A model generated the notes under the pieces. The model was not told where the DNA came from. It saw only the letters and a program-made list of their open reading frames with translations, and searched no databases. The position numbers and the translations under genes were made by a program. A DNA stretch of 64,000 nt from an uncultured delta proteobacterium. Lineage in GTDB: Bacteria; Desulfobacterota; Binatia; JACPRU01. The stretch spans positions 576,001-640,000 of the forward strand of contig CAVUWD010000016.1 in assembly GCA_963745025.1 (NCBI GenBank). Direction: 5' to 3'. This document shows, in pieces, positions 1-10,536 of the stretch (position 1 is its first letter; each line of letters starts with the position of its first letter).

Positions 1-63
1 AGCCACGGAACGCAAGGGTCCGAGCCGGATCGAATCGTTCGCGCCGCTCGAGCGGCCCGTCGT

Positions 64-603
64 TCAGCGAATCGGCAGCGGAGAGCCCGCGGGCTTCCCT
101 TCCCACTTTCCGCCGAACACATGGATCAAGCGCCCGAAGCCGATGAACGCCGCGGCGGCCCAGCCGATCTCCAGGATCTGCTCCTCGCTGAAGTGACGCT
201 GGAGCTCGCCGAGCACGCCGTCGTCGATCGCCTGGTGATTCAACGCGAGAAGCTCCGCGAAGCGCACCGCCGCCTTTTCTGCATCCGTCAGCCGCTCCGA
301 CGACTCGGCCTCGCGAATCGTACAGATCGTGTCCTCCTCCAGGCCTTGCTCCCGCGCCGCGGGAGTGCGGTAGTTCATTCAAACGCTGCAGCCGTTGAGC
401 CCGGCGATCCGCAGGCGGACGATCTCCTTCAGCTTCATCGACACCGCCCCGTCCTTCATCACCTCGCCATAAAACCCCCCCCAGGCCCGCCACATTCCCG
501 GATGATGCCCGAAGATCCGCGCCACGCTGGCCACGGGCGTTGTCGTCCATTCCCGCAGATCCTGCGGTAGCTCCGCGTCGGCGAGCTGCCTCAATCCTGT
601 CAT
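64..603 (-). CDS. AhpD/carboxymuconolactone decarboxylase-like selenoprotein (CxxU, TGA at 379-381 read as Sec)
   Basis: ORFs 379-603 and 64-378 are in the same frame, separated only by TGA in ..LNGCSV(TGA)MNYRT.. at the AhpD CxxC position. SD-like GGGGAGG lies upstream of 603 and a SECIS-like hairpin lies downstream. Confidence 0.85.
349..365 (-). promoter_or_regulatory. Putative bacterial SECIS hairpin
   Basis: CTCCCGC-GGC-GCGGGAG, a 7-bp stem. The apical loop starts with G and begins 20 nt after the TGA. Confidence 0.7.
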
Positions 604-805
604 GGCGCCTCCCCTGTCAGCCGAGAAACTTCGTCACCGCCTGATGGAACTCTACTGGCTTCTCGAGCGGAATCAAATGGCCGCACTCCGGGATGATCTC
701 TAGCGTTGCTCCCGGAATCAGCCGCGGCCCTCGCCGCGCCCCTCGTGGCGCGGGACGAGGCCACTCGCTTGCCCCGTGCTCGCGCGGCGGGAGAAGTCTT
801 CGAGG

Positions 806-1456
806 TCAGCGAGAGCGCGTGACGCCGACGCGCCCGCACAGTCCCTCGAGCGGGCAGCTGCTGCACCACGGCGAGGTCGGCTGACAGAGGTTCTGGCCGA
901 ACGCGACCAGCAGATCGTTGTAGGTTCGCCAGTGCTTGCGGGGAAGCCGCTCGCGGAGCCGCATCTCGGTTTCATGCGCGGACTTCGTCCGTACGTAACC
1001 CCAGCGGTTGCTGATGCGATGCACGTGCGTGTCGACGCAGATGCCGTACTTGCGAAACGCCAGCGTGACCACCAGGTTCGCCGTCTTGCGCCCGACTCCT
1101 TTGAGCTCGAGGAGCGCCTCGATGTCGCCCGGCACGCGTCCACCGTGCCGCTCCACGAGGGCCCGCGAAACCGCGAGAATCGTGCGTGCTTTGGTACGAT
1201 AGAAGCCTACGGGGTAGATCGCCCGCTCGATCCGGCGCGGCGACAAGCGAAGCATCGCGCGCGGGGTGCGTACGAGCCGAAAGAGCCGAGCAGAAGCGGC
1301 GGCGGTGGTCGCATCCTTGGTGCGAAGGCTGAGCAAACAGGAGATCAGCGTCTCGAAGGGATCGTGGCGATACTGACCGACGATCGGCACGCGCCACGGA
1401 CGTACCGCACGTTTGAGGATCGCGACCGCCTCGTCGATGTTCGTGGCGTCGACCAT
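806..1456 (-). CDS. nth: Endonuclease III
   Basis: PFETLIS..LS, HhH motif LKGVGRKTAN, VDTHVHR, and C-terminal 4Fe-4S motif CQPTSPWCSSCPLEGLC. Confidence 0.95.
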   Translation of the reverse strand: MVDATNIDEAVAILKRAVRPWRVPIVGQYRHDPFETLISCLLSLRTKDATTAAASARLFRLVRTPRAMLRLSPRRIERAIYPVGFYRTKARTILAVSRALVERHGGRVPGDIEALLELKGVGRKTANLVVTLAFRKYGICVDTHVHRISNRWGYVRTKSAHETEMRLRERLPRKHWRTYNDLLVAFGQNLCQPTSPWCSSCPLEGLCGRVGVTRSR

Positions 1457-1461
1457 GAGCC

Positions 1462-1530
1462 GCTACCAGCTACCGGCTTCCGGTAAGGAACCCGCGATGC
1501 CTTTGCGGTAGCGGGTAGTCGGAAGCCGGC
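1462..1530. repeat. REP-like hairpin with heptamer arms (GCTACCG)n...(CGGTAGC)n
   Basis: Intergenic inverted arms built from 7-mers; related copies at 7523, 23373, 28191 and 37310. Confidence 0.7.
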
Positions 1531-1536
1531 CGCCTC

Positions 1537-2283
1537 TCAGGTGTGCATCCCCCCGTTGGGGGAGAGAACCTGACCCGTCAGGAAGCTCGCCTCCTCCGAC
1601 ACGATGTATGCGCAACAGGCGGCGATGTCGTCGGGCACGCCGATGCGGCCGACCGGCGTCTGGCCCACGACCGCGGCGATGGTTTCGTCGCGTATCGAGG
1701 ACGCCTCCAGGATCGGCGTGTCGATCAGACCCGGAGCGATCGCGTTCACTGTGATGCCGGAAGAGCCGAGCTCGAGCGCCAGCGCCTTTGAGAACCCGAC
1801 GATCCCGGCCTTGGCGGCCGAATAGTGGACGAACCCCCCCGCGCCCTTGAGCCCCGCCACCGAGGAAATGCCTACCACTCGCCCCCAGTGTGCGTCGATC
1901 ATGTCCAAAATCACCGCGCGGGTGCAGTTGAAGGTGCCCTTGAGATGCACCGCGATCATCCTGTCCCACTGGGCCTCGGTCATCTGCACGAGCGGCGTGA
2001 TTTCCCCATGACCTGCGTTGTTGACGAGGATCGCGACCTTGCCGAGCTCGCGCCGCACACGGTCCGCGGCCGTTTCGGCGTCACCGAAACTCGCCACGTC
2101 GACTTCGACGGCGAGCACGCGCCGTCCGAGCTCGGCGATCTCGGCGGCGACCCTGCGTGCTGCGGAAATGTCGCGGTCCAAGATCGCCACGTTGCAGCCT
2201 TCCCGCGCGAGGCGAAGGCCAATCGCTCGGCCGATTCCCGACGCGCCACCGGTGACGATCGCATTTCTGCCCTTCAAGGCCAC
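1537..2283 (-). CDS. SDR family oxidoreductase (FabG-like)
   Basis: TGGASGIG, NNAG and YSAAK motifs. Confidence 0.92.
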   Translation of the reverse strand: MALKGRNAIVTGGASGIGRAIGLRLAREGCNVAILDRDISAARRVAAEIAELGRRVLAVEVDVASFGDAETAADRVRRELGKVAILVNNAGHGEITPLVQMTEAQWDRMIAVHLKGTFNCTRAVILDMIDAHWGRVVGISSVAGLKGAGGFVHYSAAKAGIVGFSKALALELGSSGITVNAIAPGLIDTPILEASSIRDETIAAVVGQTPVGRIGVPDDIAACCAYIVSEEASFLTGQVLSPNGGMHT

Positions 2284-2335
2284 GAGCCCCCCTTTGGCGT
2301 GCTACGATGCCCCCTTAGCACACCCCGAAAGCGCC

Positions 2336-4021
2336 TCAGCCACCCCGCAGTTCTCGCCTGCGGAAGAGCCACAGGCCCAGAGCGAGGTACAGCGACCCGT
2401 ATCCGTAGAGGACCGCGGTCGGCCACAGGGCGGCCCTTAGGCTCTGACGGCGGATCATCAGGTCATTGTAAGCAGCCATCGCCCACGTCGTCGGGAACGC
2501 CAACGCGACCGAACGCATCCAGCGGGGCTCGAGATCGATCGGCCACCAGCATCCGCCGACCGCGGCCATCGTGACGATGACGATCGAGCCGAGGGGCAGC
2601 ACCGCTTCGCGGGTCGTGGCGGATGCGGCGACCACGAGCCCGAACGCCGTGCCCGCGAAGACGATCCCCGTGGTCGGCAGCAGGAGCGCCCACGGCTCCG
2701 GGCCGAGCGAGATGCCGAACGTCGCGCGGCCCACGGCGAAGAGCAGAACCATCTGGGTCACCCCGACGAGCACTCGCGAGAGAAGCTTCGCGACGAGGAC
2801 CGTCGAAAACGGTGCCGGCATCGAGCGCAGGCGCTCGAACGTGCCCCAGTCACGCTCGTCCAGCAACGCCAGCGACACACCGAGCAGCATGCCGAGAAGC
2901 AGAAAGGTCACGCTGAAGCCGGGCACGTTCTGATCGAACGTGTTGAGTCGTCGCGGCGCGCCGGTCGCGCTCGACTCCTCGATCTCGATCGTGCCGGGCA
3001 AGGCGACGGCCGGCACCTCGGGAAGCGGCGGCAACTCCACACGCGGCGTCTGCGGCACCGCCGGAAGATCGATCTCCGGGAACGGAGGCAGCTCGATCGG
3101 CGGCCCGGCCGGCCCCGCGAGTCGGTCGATCAGCGCCTCGGGCCCATCCGCGGCGAGTCTCCGAAGCTCGAGCGGTAGCTCGGGCGGGGCAGGCGGAGCC
3201 GGCATTCGGTCGGCGAGCGTGCCGGCCTGAACCCGGACCCGGTGGAGCCAGTCCTCGAAGGCGCGCTGCCGCTCGCTGAGAGCCGCGAGAAAGTCTCGTA
3301 CCGGCGCCAGCTCCGCCGAAACCCGTTCGGCGATCTCGCGCCTCCGCTCGGCGCTCGCCCGCGCCAGCCCGTCGCGAAGCTGGCGCTCCGCCCGTTCGCG
3401 GGCCGCCCGGCCCCGCTCCTCTGTCGCGGTTCGGAGCTGCTTGAGGGCAGCTCCGAACGCGTCGATTGCACGTTGCGCCTCTCTCGCCGCCCGAGCGAAT
3501 TCCTTGCGCGTTCGTTCCGCCGCGTCCCTGCCCTCTTCCAGGCGAGCAGCGGCGCGACGGCGAGCTTCTTCCTCGATCGCGTGACGGAGCTCCTGAACGA
3601 GGCCTCGCAGGTTGGCGATCTCGAGGTACTTAACGGGATCGGTGAGCAGCAGGAGAGTCGAGCCCCTGCCCTCTTCCTGTGCGCGGCTCGTCCCGGCGGG
3701 GATGACCAGCGCGGCGCCCGCCTCGCGTCGCTCGAGGAGCGCGAGCGCCTCGGCGCGGCTCGGCGTCAGTCGCAGCGTAATCGCGCTCTCGTGCTCGAGC
3801 CGCTCGCGGATCGCAGCCCCGATGGGCCCGCCGTCCTCGTCGACCAGCGGAAGCACGTATGCCGTAACGCCGCGTGGATCGGCGCCGTACAGGCTGGCGA
3901 GGGACACTCCGGCGACGCTGATGACGATCATCGGCGCCACGGTGAGGAACACGAGCCCGATCCGATCGCGCAGCAGCAGACGCAGATCCTTGGCCAGCGC
4001 CGCACCCAGCGCTCCGAGCAT
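2336..4021 (-). CDS. ABC-2 type exporter permease with large helical/Pro-rich insertion
   Basis: Likely start [20 protein letters not shown] overlaps the upstream stop. N-terminal TM helix, ERDWGTFERL motif and multiple C-terminal TM helices. Confidence 0.85.
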   Translation of the reverse strand: MLGALGAALAKDLRLLLRDRIGLVFLTVAPMIVISVAGVSLASLYGADPRGVTAYVLPLVDEDGGPIGAAIRERLEHESAITLRLTPSRAEALALLERREAGAALVIPAGTSRAQEEGRGSTLLLLTDPVKYLEIANLRGLVQELRHAIEEEARRRAAARLEEGRDAAERTRKEFARAAREAQRAIDAFGAALKQLRTATEERGRAARERAERQLRDGLARASAERRREIAERVSAELAPVRDFLAALSERQRAFEDWLHRVRVQAGTLADRMPAPPAPPELPLELRRLAADGPEALIDRLAGPAGPPIELPPFPEIDLPAVPQTPRVELPPLPEVPAVALPGTIEIEESSATGAPRRLNTFDQNVPGFSVTFLLLGMLLGVSLALLDERDWGTFERLRSMPAPFSTVLVAKLLSRVLVGVTQMVLLFAVGRATFGISLGPEPWALLLPTTGIVFAGTAFGLVVAASATTREAVLPLGSIVIVTMAAVGGCWWPIDLEPRWMRSVALAFPTTWAMAAYNDLMIRRQSLRAALWPTAVLYGYGSLYLALGLWLFRRRELRGG

Positions 4022-5025
4022 CAGCGCGACTCCGCTTCGGAGCGCTCGTCGCGAAGCGCACGGCCCGTCAGTGTGAAGAACACGTCGGCGAGGTTCGGGC
4101 GATGAAGCCGCATGTCGAGAATCTCGCCGCCTGCTTGGACCACCGCAAGCAGCACGGCCGGGACGTCCGCCAGACCGGCCACCTCGATCTCGAGGTCGCC
4201 TGCGCCGTGCCGCACGACCCGCGCGGCCTCGACCTTCGATAGCCACTGCGCGGGCAACGGCCGTGCGGTCGTCAAGCGGATCAACGGACGACTGTGGATC
4301 CCCGCCACCAGCTCCTCCACCGTCCCGGCGGCGACGATCCTCCCCTCGTCGAGCAGCACGACACGCGAGCACAGTCGCTCCACCTCTTCCATGTAGTGGG
4401 TGCTGTAAAGGATCGCGGCGCCCTCGCCCGCGAGGCCCGCGACGGCCTCGAAGATCCGCTCGCGCGACTGCGGATCGACGCCGACGGTGGGTTCGTCGAG
4501 TAGCAGCACGCGAGGCCGGTGGATCATGCCGCAGGCGAGATTGAGGCGCCGACGCATGCCGAGGGAGAAGCCCGCTACGGGCTCATCGGCGCGACCGTCG
4601 AGCGCCACGATCTCCAACACTCGGGCCGACGCCGAGCGCGAGGTCGCGGGATCGAGCTCCGCCATTCGGGCGAAGAACCGCAGGTTCTCCCTGGCCGTCA
4701 ACGGCGGATAGAGCGCTTCGCGCTGCGGGACGTAGCCGATCGTCCGACGCGCCGCACGGGCTTCCGCCGGTAGCCGGTGGCCGCCCACGCGGACCGTGCC
4801 GGCGTCCGCCGACAGGATCGTCGCGAGGATCGATAGCGTCGTCGATTTCCCCGCGCCGTTCGGACCCAGAAGAGCGACGATCTCACCGCGAGCGACCGAG
4901 AAGCTCACGCCGCCGAGCGCTTGGCGGGCGCCGTAACGCTTTTCGAGCGCGTCGACCTCGATCGCCGCATCCACGGCGGCGTATACTGACACACGGGGCG
5001 CAGCGATCCAGCCGTCTCGCCCCAC
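4021..5025 (-). CDS. ABC transporter ATP-binding protein (start may be GTG at 4974)
   Basis: Walker A GPNGAGKS, signature FSLGMRRR, Walker B LLLDEPT. Confidence 0.93.
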   Translation of the reverse strand: MGRDGWIAAPRVSVYAAVDAAIEVDALEKRYGARQALGGVSFSVARGEIVALLGPNGAGKSTTLSILATILSADAGTVRVGGHRLPAEARAARRTIGYVPQREALYPPLTARENLRFFARMAELDPATSRSASARVLEIVALDGRADEPVAGFSLGMRRRLNLACGMIHRPRVLLLDEPTVGVDPQSRERIFEAVAGLAGEGAAILYSTHYMEEVERLCSRVVLLDEGRIVAAGTVEELVAGIHSRPLIRLTTARPLPAQWLSKVEAARVVRHGAGDLEIEVAGLADVPAVLLAVVQAGGEILDMRLHRPNLADVFFTLTGRALRDERSEAESR

Positions 5026-5072
5026 TCATTGCACGCCGACGCGCGCGTAGCGTCGTCCGAAAGGAGCTGACC

Positions 5073-5693
5073 ATGCCGACAAGCCGCCTTCGTGAGATCC
5101 TGCCCGACGTCTTCACCTGGCCTTGGTTCTCGGAACGCCACGGATACGACTTCAACGGTTATCTCTTTCGTCACTCGTCGGGGAATCTCGCCGTCGATCC
5201 GGTGGAGATGCCAGACAGCGTACTCGGCGAGCTCGCGACGATCGGAGTCGCGACGATCCTCATCACCAACCGCAACCATACACGCGCGAGCCGCCGGCTC
5301 AGCGAGGCGACCGGCGCGCGGGTGGCGATCCACCCGGCGGACGCCGCTCACGCCATCGCGCAGGGCACGGCGATCGACGGCGCGCTACACGTCGGCGAAC
5401 GGATCGGGCCATTCACGGTCCTCTCCGTAGCGGGCAAGTCCCCCGGCGAGGTGGCGCTCCACTGGCCGGAGCGCAAGATACTCGTCGTCGGTGATGCCTG
5501 CGTCGGCAAACCGCCGGGCGAGTGTGCGCTTCTCCCCGAGAGCGTCATGGACGATGCCGCCGCGCTTCGAGGAAGCCTCGTACGTCTCGCGCGCACGACG
5601 GATTTCGACGTGCTGCTCTTGGGGGACGGGGCACCGATTCTTCGCGGCGGGCATGCCGCTCTCGAGCGCCTCGTGGCGAGCTTCGGCGACTGA
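5073..5693 (+). CDS. MBL-fold metallo-hydrolase-like protein with degenerate metal motif
   Basis: LAVDP, ILITNRNHTR, GKSPGE, VGDA and LLGDG pattern; SD AAGGAG. Confidence 0.7.
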   Translation: MPTSRLREILPDVFTWPWFSERHGYDFNGYLFRHSSGNLAVDPVEMPDSVLGELATIGVATILITNRNHTRASRRLSEATGARVAIHPADAAHAIAQGTAIDGALHVGERIGPFTVLSVAGKSPGEVALHWPERKILVVGDACVGKPPGECALLPESVMDDAAALRGSLVRLARTTDFDVLLLGDGAPILRGGHAALERLVASFGD

Positions 5694-5814
5694 GCGAGAG
5701 TTCAGGCGAGGTCGAGACGCGGGAAGGAGACGGCCCGACCCAATCGAATCGTGAAGAGACGAGCATGGCCGCGCTGCTGCGCTGAGTCGATGGACGATCG
5801 ATGAACGGAGCAAC

Positions 5815-5914
5815 GCGAAGCTTCCACCGCAGCCACCACCCGCTGCCGCGTGGCGCGCAAGCCCTTCTCCGCCAGCTCGCGCGCCCTCAGGTGATCGGTC
5901 CTCGACTCTCGCAC
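5815..5914 (-). pseudogene. Possible Fur-family N-terminal fragment
   Basis: ELAEKGLRATRQRVVAAVEA resembles the Fur start (L..GLR.T.QR); similarity is lost after that. Confidence 0.35.
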
Positions 5915-6015
5915 GGACGCTTGGGGTCATCTCACCATCCACCCACCCCACCGCGATGCATCCGACTTGATCCGCCGCGGGGTTCCCTCCACGATCGAGC
6001 CCGGGAGACGCCACG

Positions 6016-6594
6016 ATGGAGAAGCTGTGGAGCGATCTGTTCATTCTCAATCTGCCCGTGGCCGAGAAGATTCTTCGGCCGGTGCTGATTTACTTCTTTT
6101 TGGTGCTCGGCCTGCGGTTCGCCGGAAAGCGCGAGCTCGCGCAGTTGAATCCGTTCGACCTGGTGGTTCTGTTGACGCTCGCGAACACCGTGCAGAACGG
6201 CATCATCGGCGACGACAATTCGGTGACCGGCGCCGTCCTCGGAGCGGGCTCGCTGCTCGTCGTCAACTACGTCGTCGCTCGACTGCTCTTCGGACACCAG
6301 CGGTTGGAGGAGCGGATCGAAGGCGCTCCCGACGTGCTCGTCGACGGGGGCCGAATCCTCCACGATCGCTTGAGGAGCGAGCTCGTCACGCTCCCCGAGC
6401 TCGTGTCGGCGGCTCACAAGCAGGGCTTCGGCAGCCTCGAAGAAGTCGAGCGCGCCGTGCTCGAGCCGGGGGGGACGATCTCGTTCATCGGCAAGAAACC
6501 CGACGTCGCGACGTTGCAATTCCAGGAGGTAACGTCGCGCCTCGACCAGATCGCCCGGCAGGTGGCCGAGCTTGCCGGGCGGCCACCGGCTTGA
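6016..6594 (+). CDS. DUF421/YetF family membrane protein
   Basis: GKRELAQLNPFDLVVLL, three TM helices, AVLEPGGTISFI. Confidence 0.88.
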   Translation: MEKLWSDLFILNLPVAEKILRPVLIYFFLVLGLRFAGKRELAQLNPFDLVVLLTLANTVQNGIIGDDNSVTGAVLGAGSLLVVNYVVARLLFGHQRLEERIEGAPDVLVDGGRILHDRLRSELVTLPELVSAAHKQGFGSLEEVERAVLEPGGTISFIGKKPDVATLQFQEVTSRLDQIARQVAELAGRPPA

Positions 6595-6627
6595 ACCGCC
6601 GCCGCGCGGCAGCTACTCCTCTGCGCC

Positions 6628-7514
<887 letters not shown>

Positions 7515-7522
7515 TGGAGAAT

Positions 7523-7596
7523 CGGCTACCGGCTACCGACTACCGGCTACCGAAAGACTCCGCGGATCCTTCCGGTAGCCGGTAGCGAACCGGTAC
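7523..7596. repeat. REP-like heptamer hairpin
   Basis: About four GCTACCG-like units, then AAAGAC, then inverted CGGTAGC units. Confidence 0.75.
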
Positions 7597-7607
7597 GGCC
7601 CGATCCC

Positions 7608-8810
7608 ATGTTCCTCGATCTCTTCTACGGACTGCGCGACGAGGGCGTCCCGGTCGCGATCCAGGAGTGGCAGGACGCTGCCTCGACGCCGCTCGAGCAG
7701 GGCCTGCACGGCTCGAGCCTGCTGCGCTTCTACCACCTCGGCGCGCGCCTGCCTGGTGAAGAGCGAGACCTACTTCGACGCCTACGACCGCGTGTTCGCG
7801 CGCGTCTTCCAGCGGCGTCGAGGGCGCGCTCGGCGACGAGGTCACGGCCGAGCTCCTCGAGTGGCTGCGCGATCCGAAGAACTTCCCGAGCTCTCGCCCG
7901 AGCAGCTCGCCGAGCTCGAGCGGCTCTCCTCGCGACGAGCTGATGCGCCGCTTCCTCGAGACGCTCGCAGAAGCAGACCGAGCGCCACGACGGCGGCGAC
8001 CGCTGGGTCGGCACCGGCGGCCAGTCGCCGTTCGGCCACGGCGGCCAGCATCCGACCGGGATCCGCGTCGGCGGGCCCGGCGAGAGCCGCTCGGCGATGA
8101 AGGTCGCCGAGGAGCGTCGCTTCCGCGACTACCGCACCGACGCGACCCTCGACGTGCGCCAGATGCAAGGTCGCGCTCCGCCGCCTGCGCCAGCTCACGC
8201 GCATCGGCGAGGCGACCGAGCTCGACCTCGACGAGACGATCGACGAGACCTGCCGCAACGCCGGCGAGATCGAGCTCGTCTTCCGCGCCGCCGCGGCGCA
8301 ACGACGTGCGCCTGCTGCTGCTGATGGACGTCGGCGGCACGATGGACCCGTACTTACGAGCCGGTGAGCCAGCTGCTCACCGCGCTGCACGAGGAGCGCG
8401 GCCTGCGCGACTTCCAGCCCTACTACTTCCACAACTGCATCTACGATCACGTCTACACGAGCGCCCGCATGGCTCGCGCCGACGCGGTGCCGACCGGCGA
8501 CGTGCTGCGCCGCCTCGACAGCCGCTGGAAGGTGGTCATCGTCGGCGACGCGCGCGATGCACCCCGCCGAGCTGCTCGACGCCTACGGCAACATCGATCC
8601 GCGGCGTGACGACCGCAGACGCCGGGGATCGTCTGGCTGCAGCGCATCGCCGACCACTTCGAGCGCGCGGTCTGGATCAACCCGGAACCGGCGACTGCCT
8701 GGGATCGCTGGCAGACGACGCGCCTCGTGCGGCGCCTGTTTCCGATGTTTCCGCTCACCACGGACGGTGTCACCGACGCGATGCGCGCGCTGGTCGGATC
8801 GCGGGTCTAG
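7608..8810 (+). CDS. VWA-domain partner of MoxR ATPase (frameshifted)
   Basis: [49 protein letters not shown] and VWINPE across frames; stop TAG at 8808-8810. Confidence 0.82.
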
Positions 8811-9058
8811 AGTGGGTGGAATCGGAGAGCTGTCCGTTTCGACTGTCGGCGCTCGGCCAAGGCCCCGTTGTTGCGATCGCCGAAGACCGATAGCCGAGTG
8901 CCGTCTTCAATAGCGCGACCGCATTGCCCGTTCTTTGCGTCTTGTGGGCGACGACGATCGCTCGCGGACTTGCACGACAGATCTTCGATTCCATATGGCC
9001 AGACGGCTCGTAAACCGTTCGATCCCCTGGAACGTCTGAAGGGTTGGGAGTCGCTCGC

Positions 9059-9232
9059 GTGACTGACTGGTCAGTAGAGATGCTCCTCGGCATCGTGCGC
9101 GGGGTGCGCGCGGCCCCGCGGCACGGCGCGTCGGCGAATCAGCTCGCCGGGGGCGCGATCGACCTCTTGCTCCGCGGCTTGGCGGCGGACCCGCGGCGGC
9201 GCTCGCGACGGCCGCCCAGGCGCGTGCGATGA
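9059..9232 (+). pseudogene. Internally deleted TetR-like regulator remnant with operator-like palindrome ACTGAC-TG-GTCAGT (9062-9075)
   Basis: VTDWSV start over the palindrome is joined directly to EMLLGIVRG...AIDLLLRGL, which resembles TetR C-terminal helices. The stop overlaps the tolC ATG. Confidence 0.5.
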
Positions 9233-10530
9233 GAACGACCGCTCTTGCGCTCGGCGCTTTGTTGCTGGCGAGCCGGATGGCGGCGCCGGCGCTTGCCGAG
9301 GACGAGCCGAAGAAGACGCTTGCGGAGTGCCTGGCCATCGCCATCGAGCAACACCCCGACCTCAAGGCGGCCCAGGCGGCCGCGCAGGTCGGTCACGAGC
9401 AGACGTGGGAGGTCATTTCCACGGCGCTCCCCCAGATCAATGCCAGCTATGGCGCGCAGCGCCGTCATACCAGCGCGGCGGCGAGCACCGCGGCGCAGAT
9501 CGGCGGCTCCCCGAGCACCTTCGCCTTCTACTCGACGGGCATCACGTTCTCCCAGATCCTCTTCGACTTCGGCCAGAGCCTCGCTGGGATCAAGGCAGCT
9601 CAGGCGACCGAGCGCTCCTTGCAGGCAAACACCGACACGGCGCGGGAGACGGTCCTGTTCAACGTAAAGCAGGGCTACTTCAACCTCCTCCAGGCGAGCC
9701 GTCTGCTCGCCGTGGCCGACGAGAACGTGCGCGCCGATCAGAAGCACCTCGACCTCGCCAATGGGCGATTCGACGTGGGAGTCGCCACGCGCTTCGACAT
9801 TACCCAGGCCGAGGTTCAGCTGATCAACGCGCAACTCGCGCAGCTGAACGCTCGAAACAACGTGGCGCTGGCGCGAGAGACGTTCCGCAACGCCCTCGGG
9901 ATCGACGGGCCTCTCGACTTCGGAATCGCCGACACGCTCGACGTGCACGACGTTCACGTCGAGCCGGACAGAGCGGTCGATCTCGCCTACGATCATCGGC
10001 CCGAGCTGGCGAGCGTGCGGCTCCAAGAAGAATCGGTGAACAACCAGATCACCGCACTCGAACGGAGCTATTTGCCGACCATCAACGGAAACGCCAATTA
10101 CAGCTACACCGGGTCCTCTTATCCGCTGGAGAATTCATGGAACTTCGGGGCCACGGTCAATCTCTCCGTATTCAACGGCGGATTGACGACCGCGCAAGTC
10201 GGGGCGGCCAAGGCCAACCTTGCCCAGCTCAAAGCTCAGGAGCAGAGCCTTCGTCACCAGGTCGCCCTTGAGGTTCGGCAGTCGGTGCTGAACCTCGCTC
10301 AGGCGAGCGAGAGCATCCAGGTTTCGGAAAAGGGGCTGCAGTCGGCCCGGGAGAACCTGGCGATCGCCGAGGGACAATACAGCGCGGGCGTCGGCAACAT
10401 CATCGCCCTCACCGACGCGCAAGCGTTGCTGACCACCGCGAAAGGAAACAACGTGCAAGCTCTTGCAGGATACCACACGGCGGTGGCCGCGCTCGAGCAG
10501 GCGACCGCGCAGAGCTTCGGCGGAGAGTGA
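9229..10530 (+). CDS. TolC family outer membrane efflux protein
   Basis: Signal peptide and two OEP-like repeats; first full gene of a MacAB-type operon. Confidence 0.9.
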   Translation: MRTTALALGALLLASRMAAPALAEDEPKKTLAECLAIAIEQHPDLKAAQAAAQVGHEQTWEVISTALPQINASYGAQRRHTSAAASTAAQIGGSPSTFAFYSTGITFSQILFDFGQSLAGIKAAQATERSLQANTDTARETVLFNVKQGYFNLLQASRLLAVADENVRADQKHLDLANGRFDVGVATRFDITQAEVQLINAQLAQLNARNNVALARETFRNALGIDGPLDFGIADTLDVHDVHVEPDRAVDLAYDHRPELASVRLQEESVNNQITALERSYLPTINGNANYSYTGSSYPLENSWNFGATVNLSVFNGGLTTAQVGAAKANLAQLKAQEQSLRHQVALEVRQSVLNLAQASESIQVSEKGLQSARENLAIAEGQYSAGVGNIIALTDAQALLTTAKGNNVQALAGYHTAVAALEQATAQSFGGE

Positions 10531-10536
10531 CCTGTC

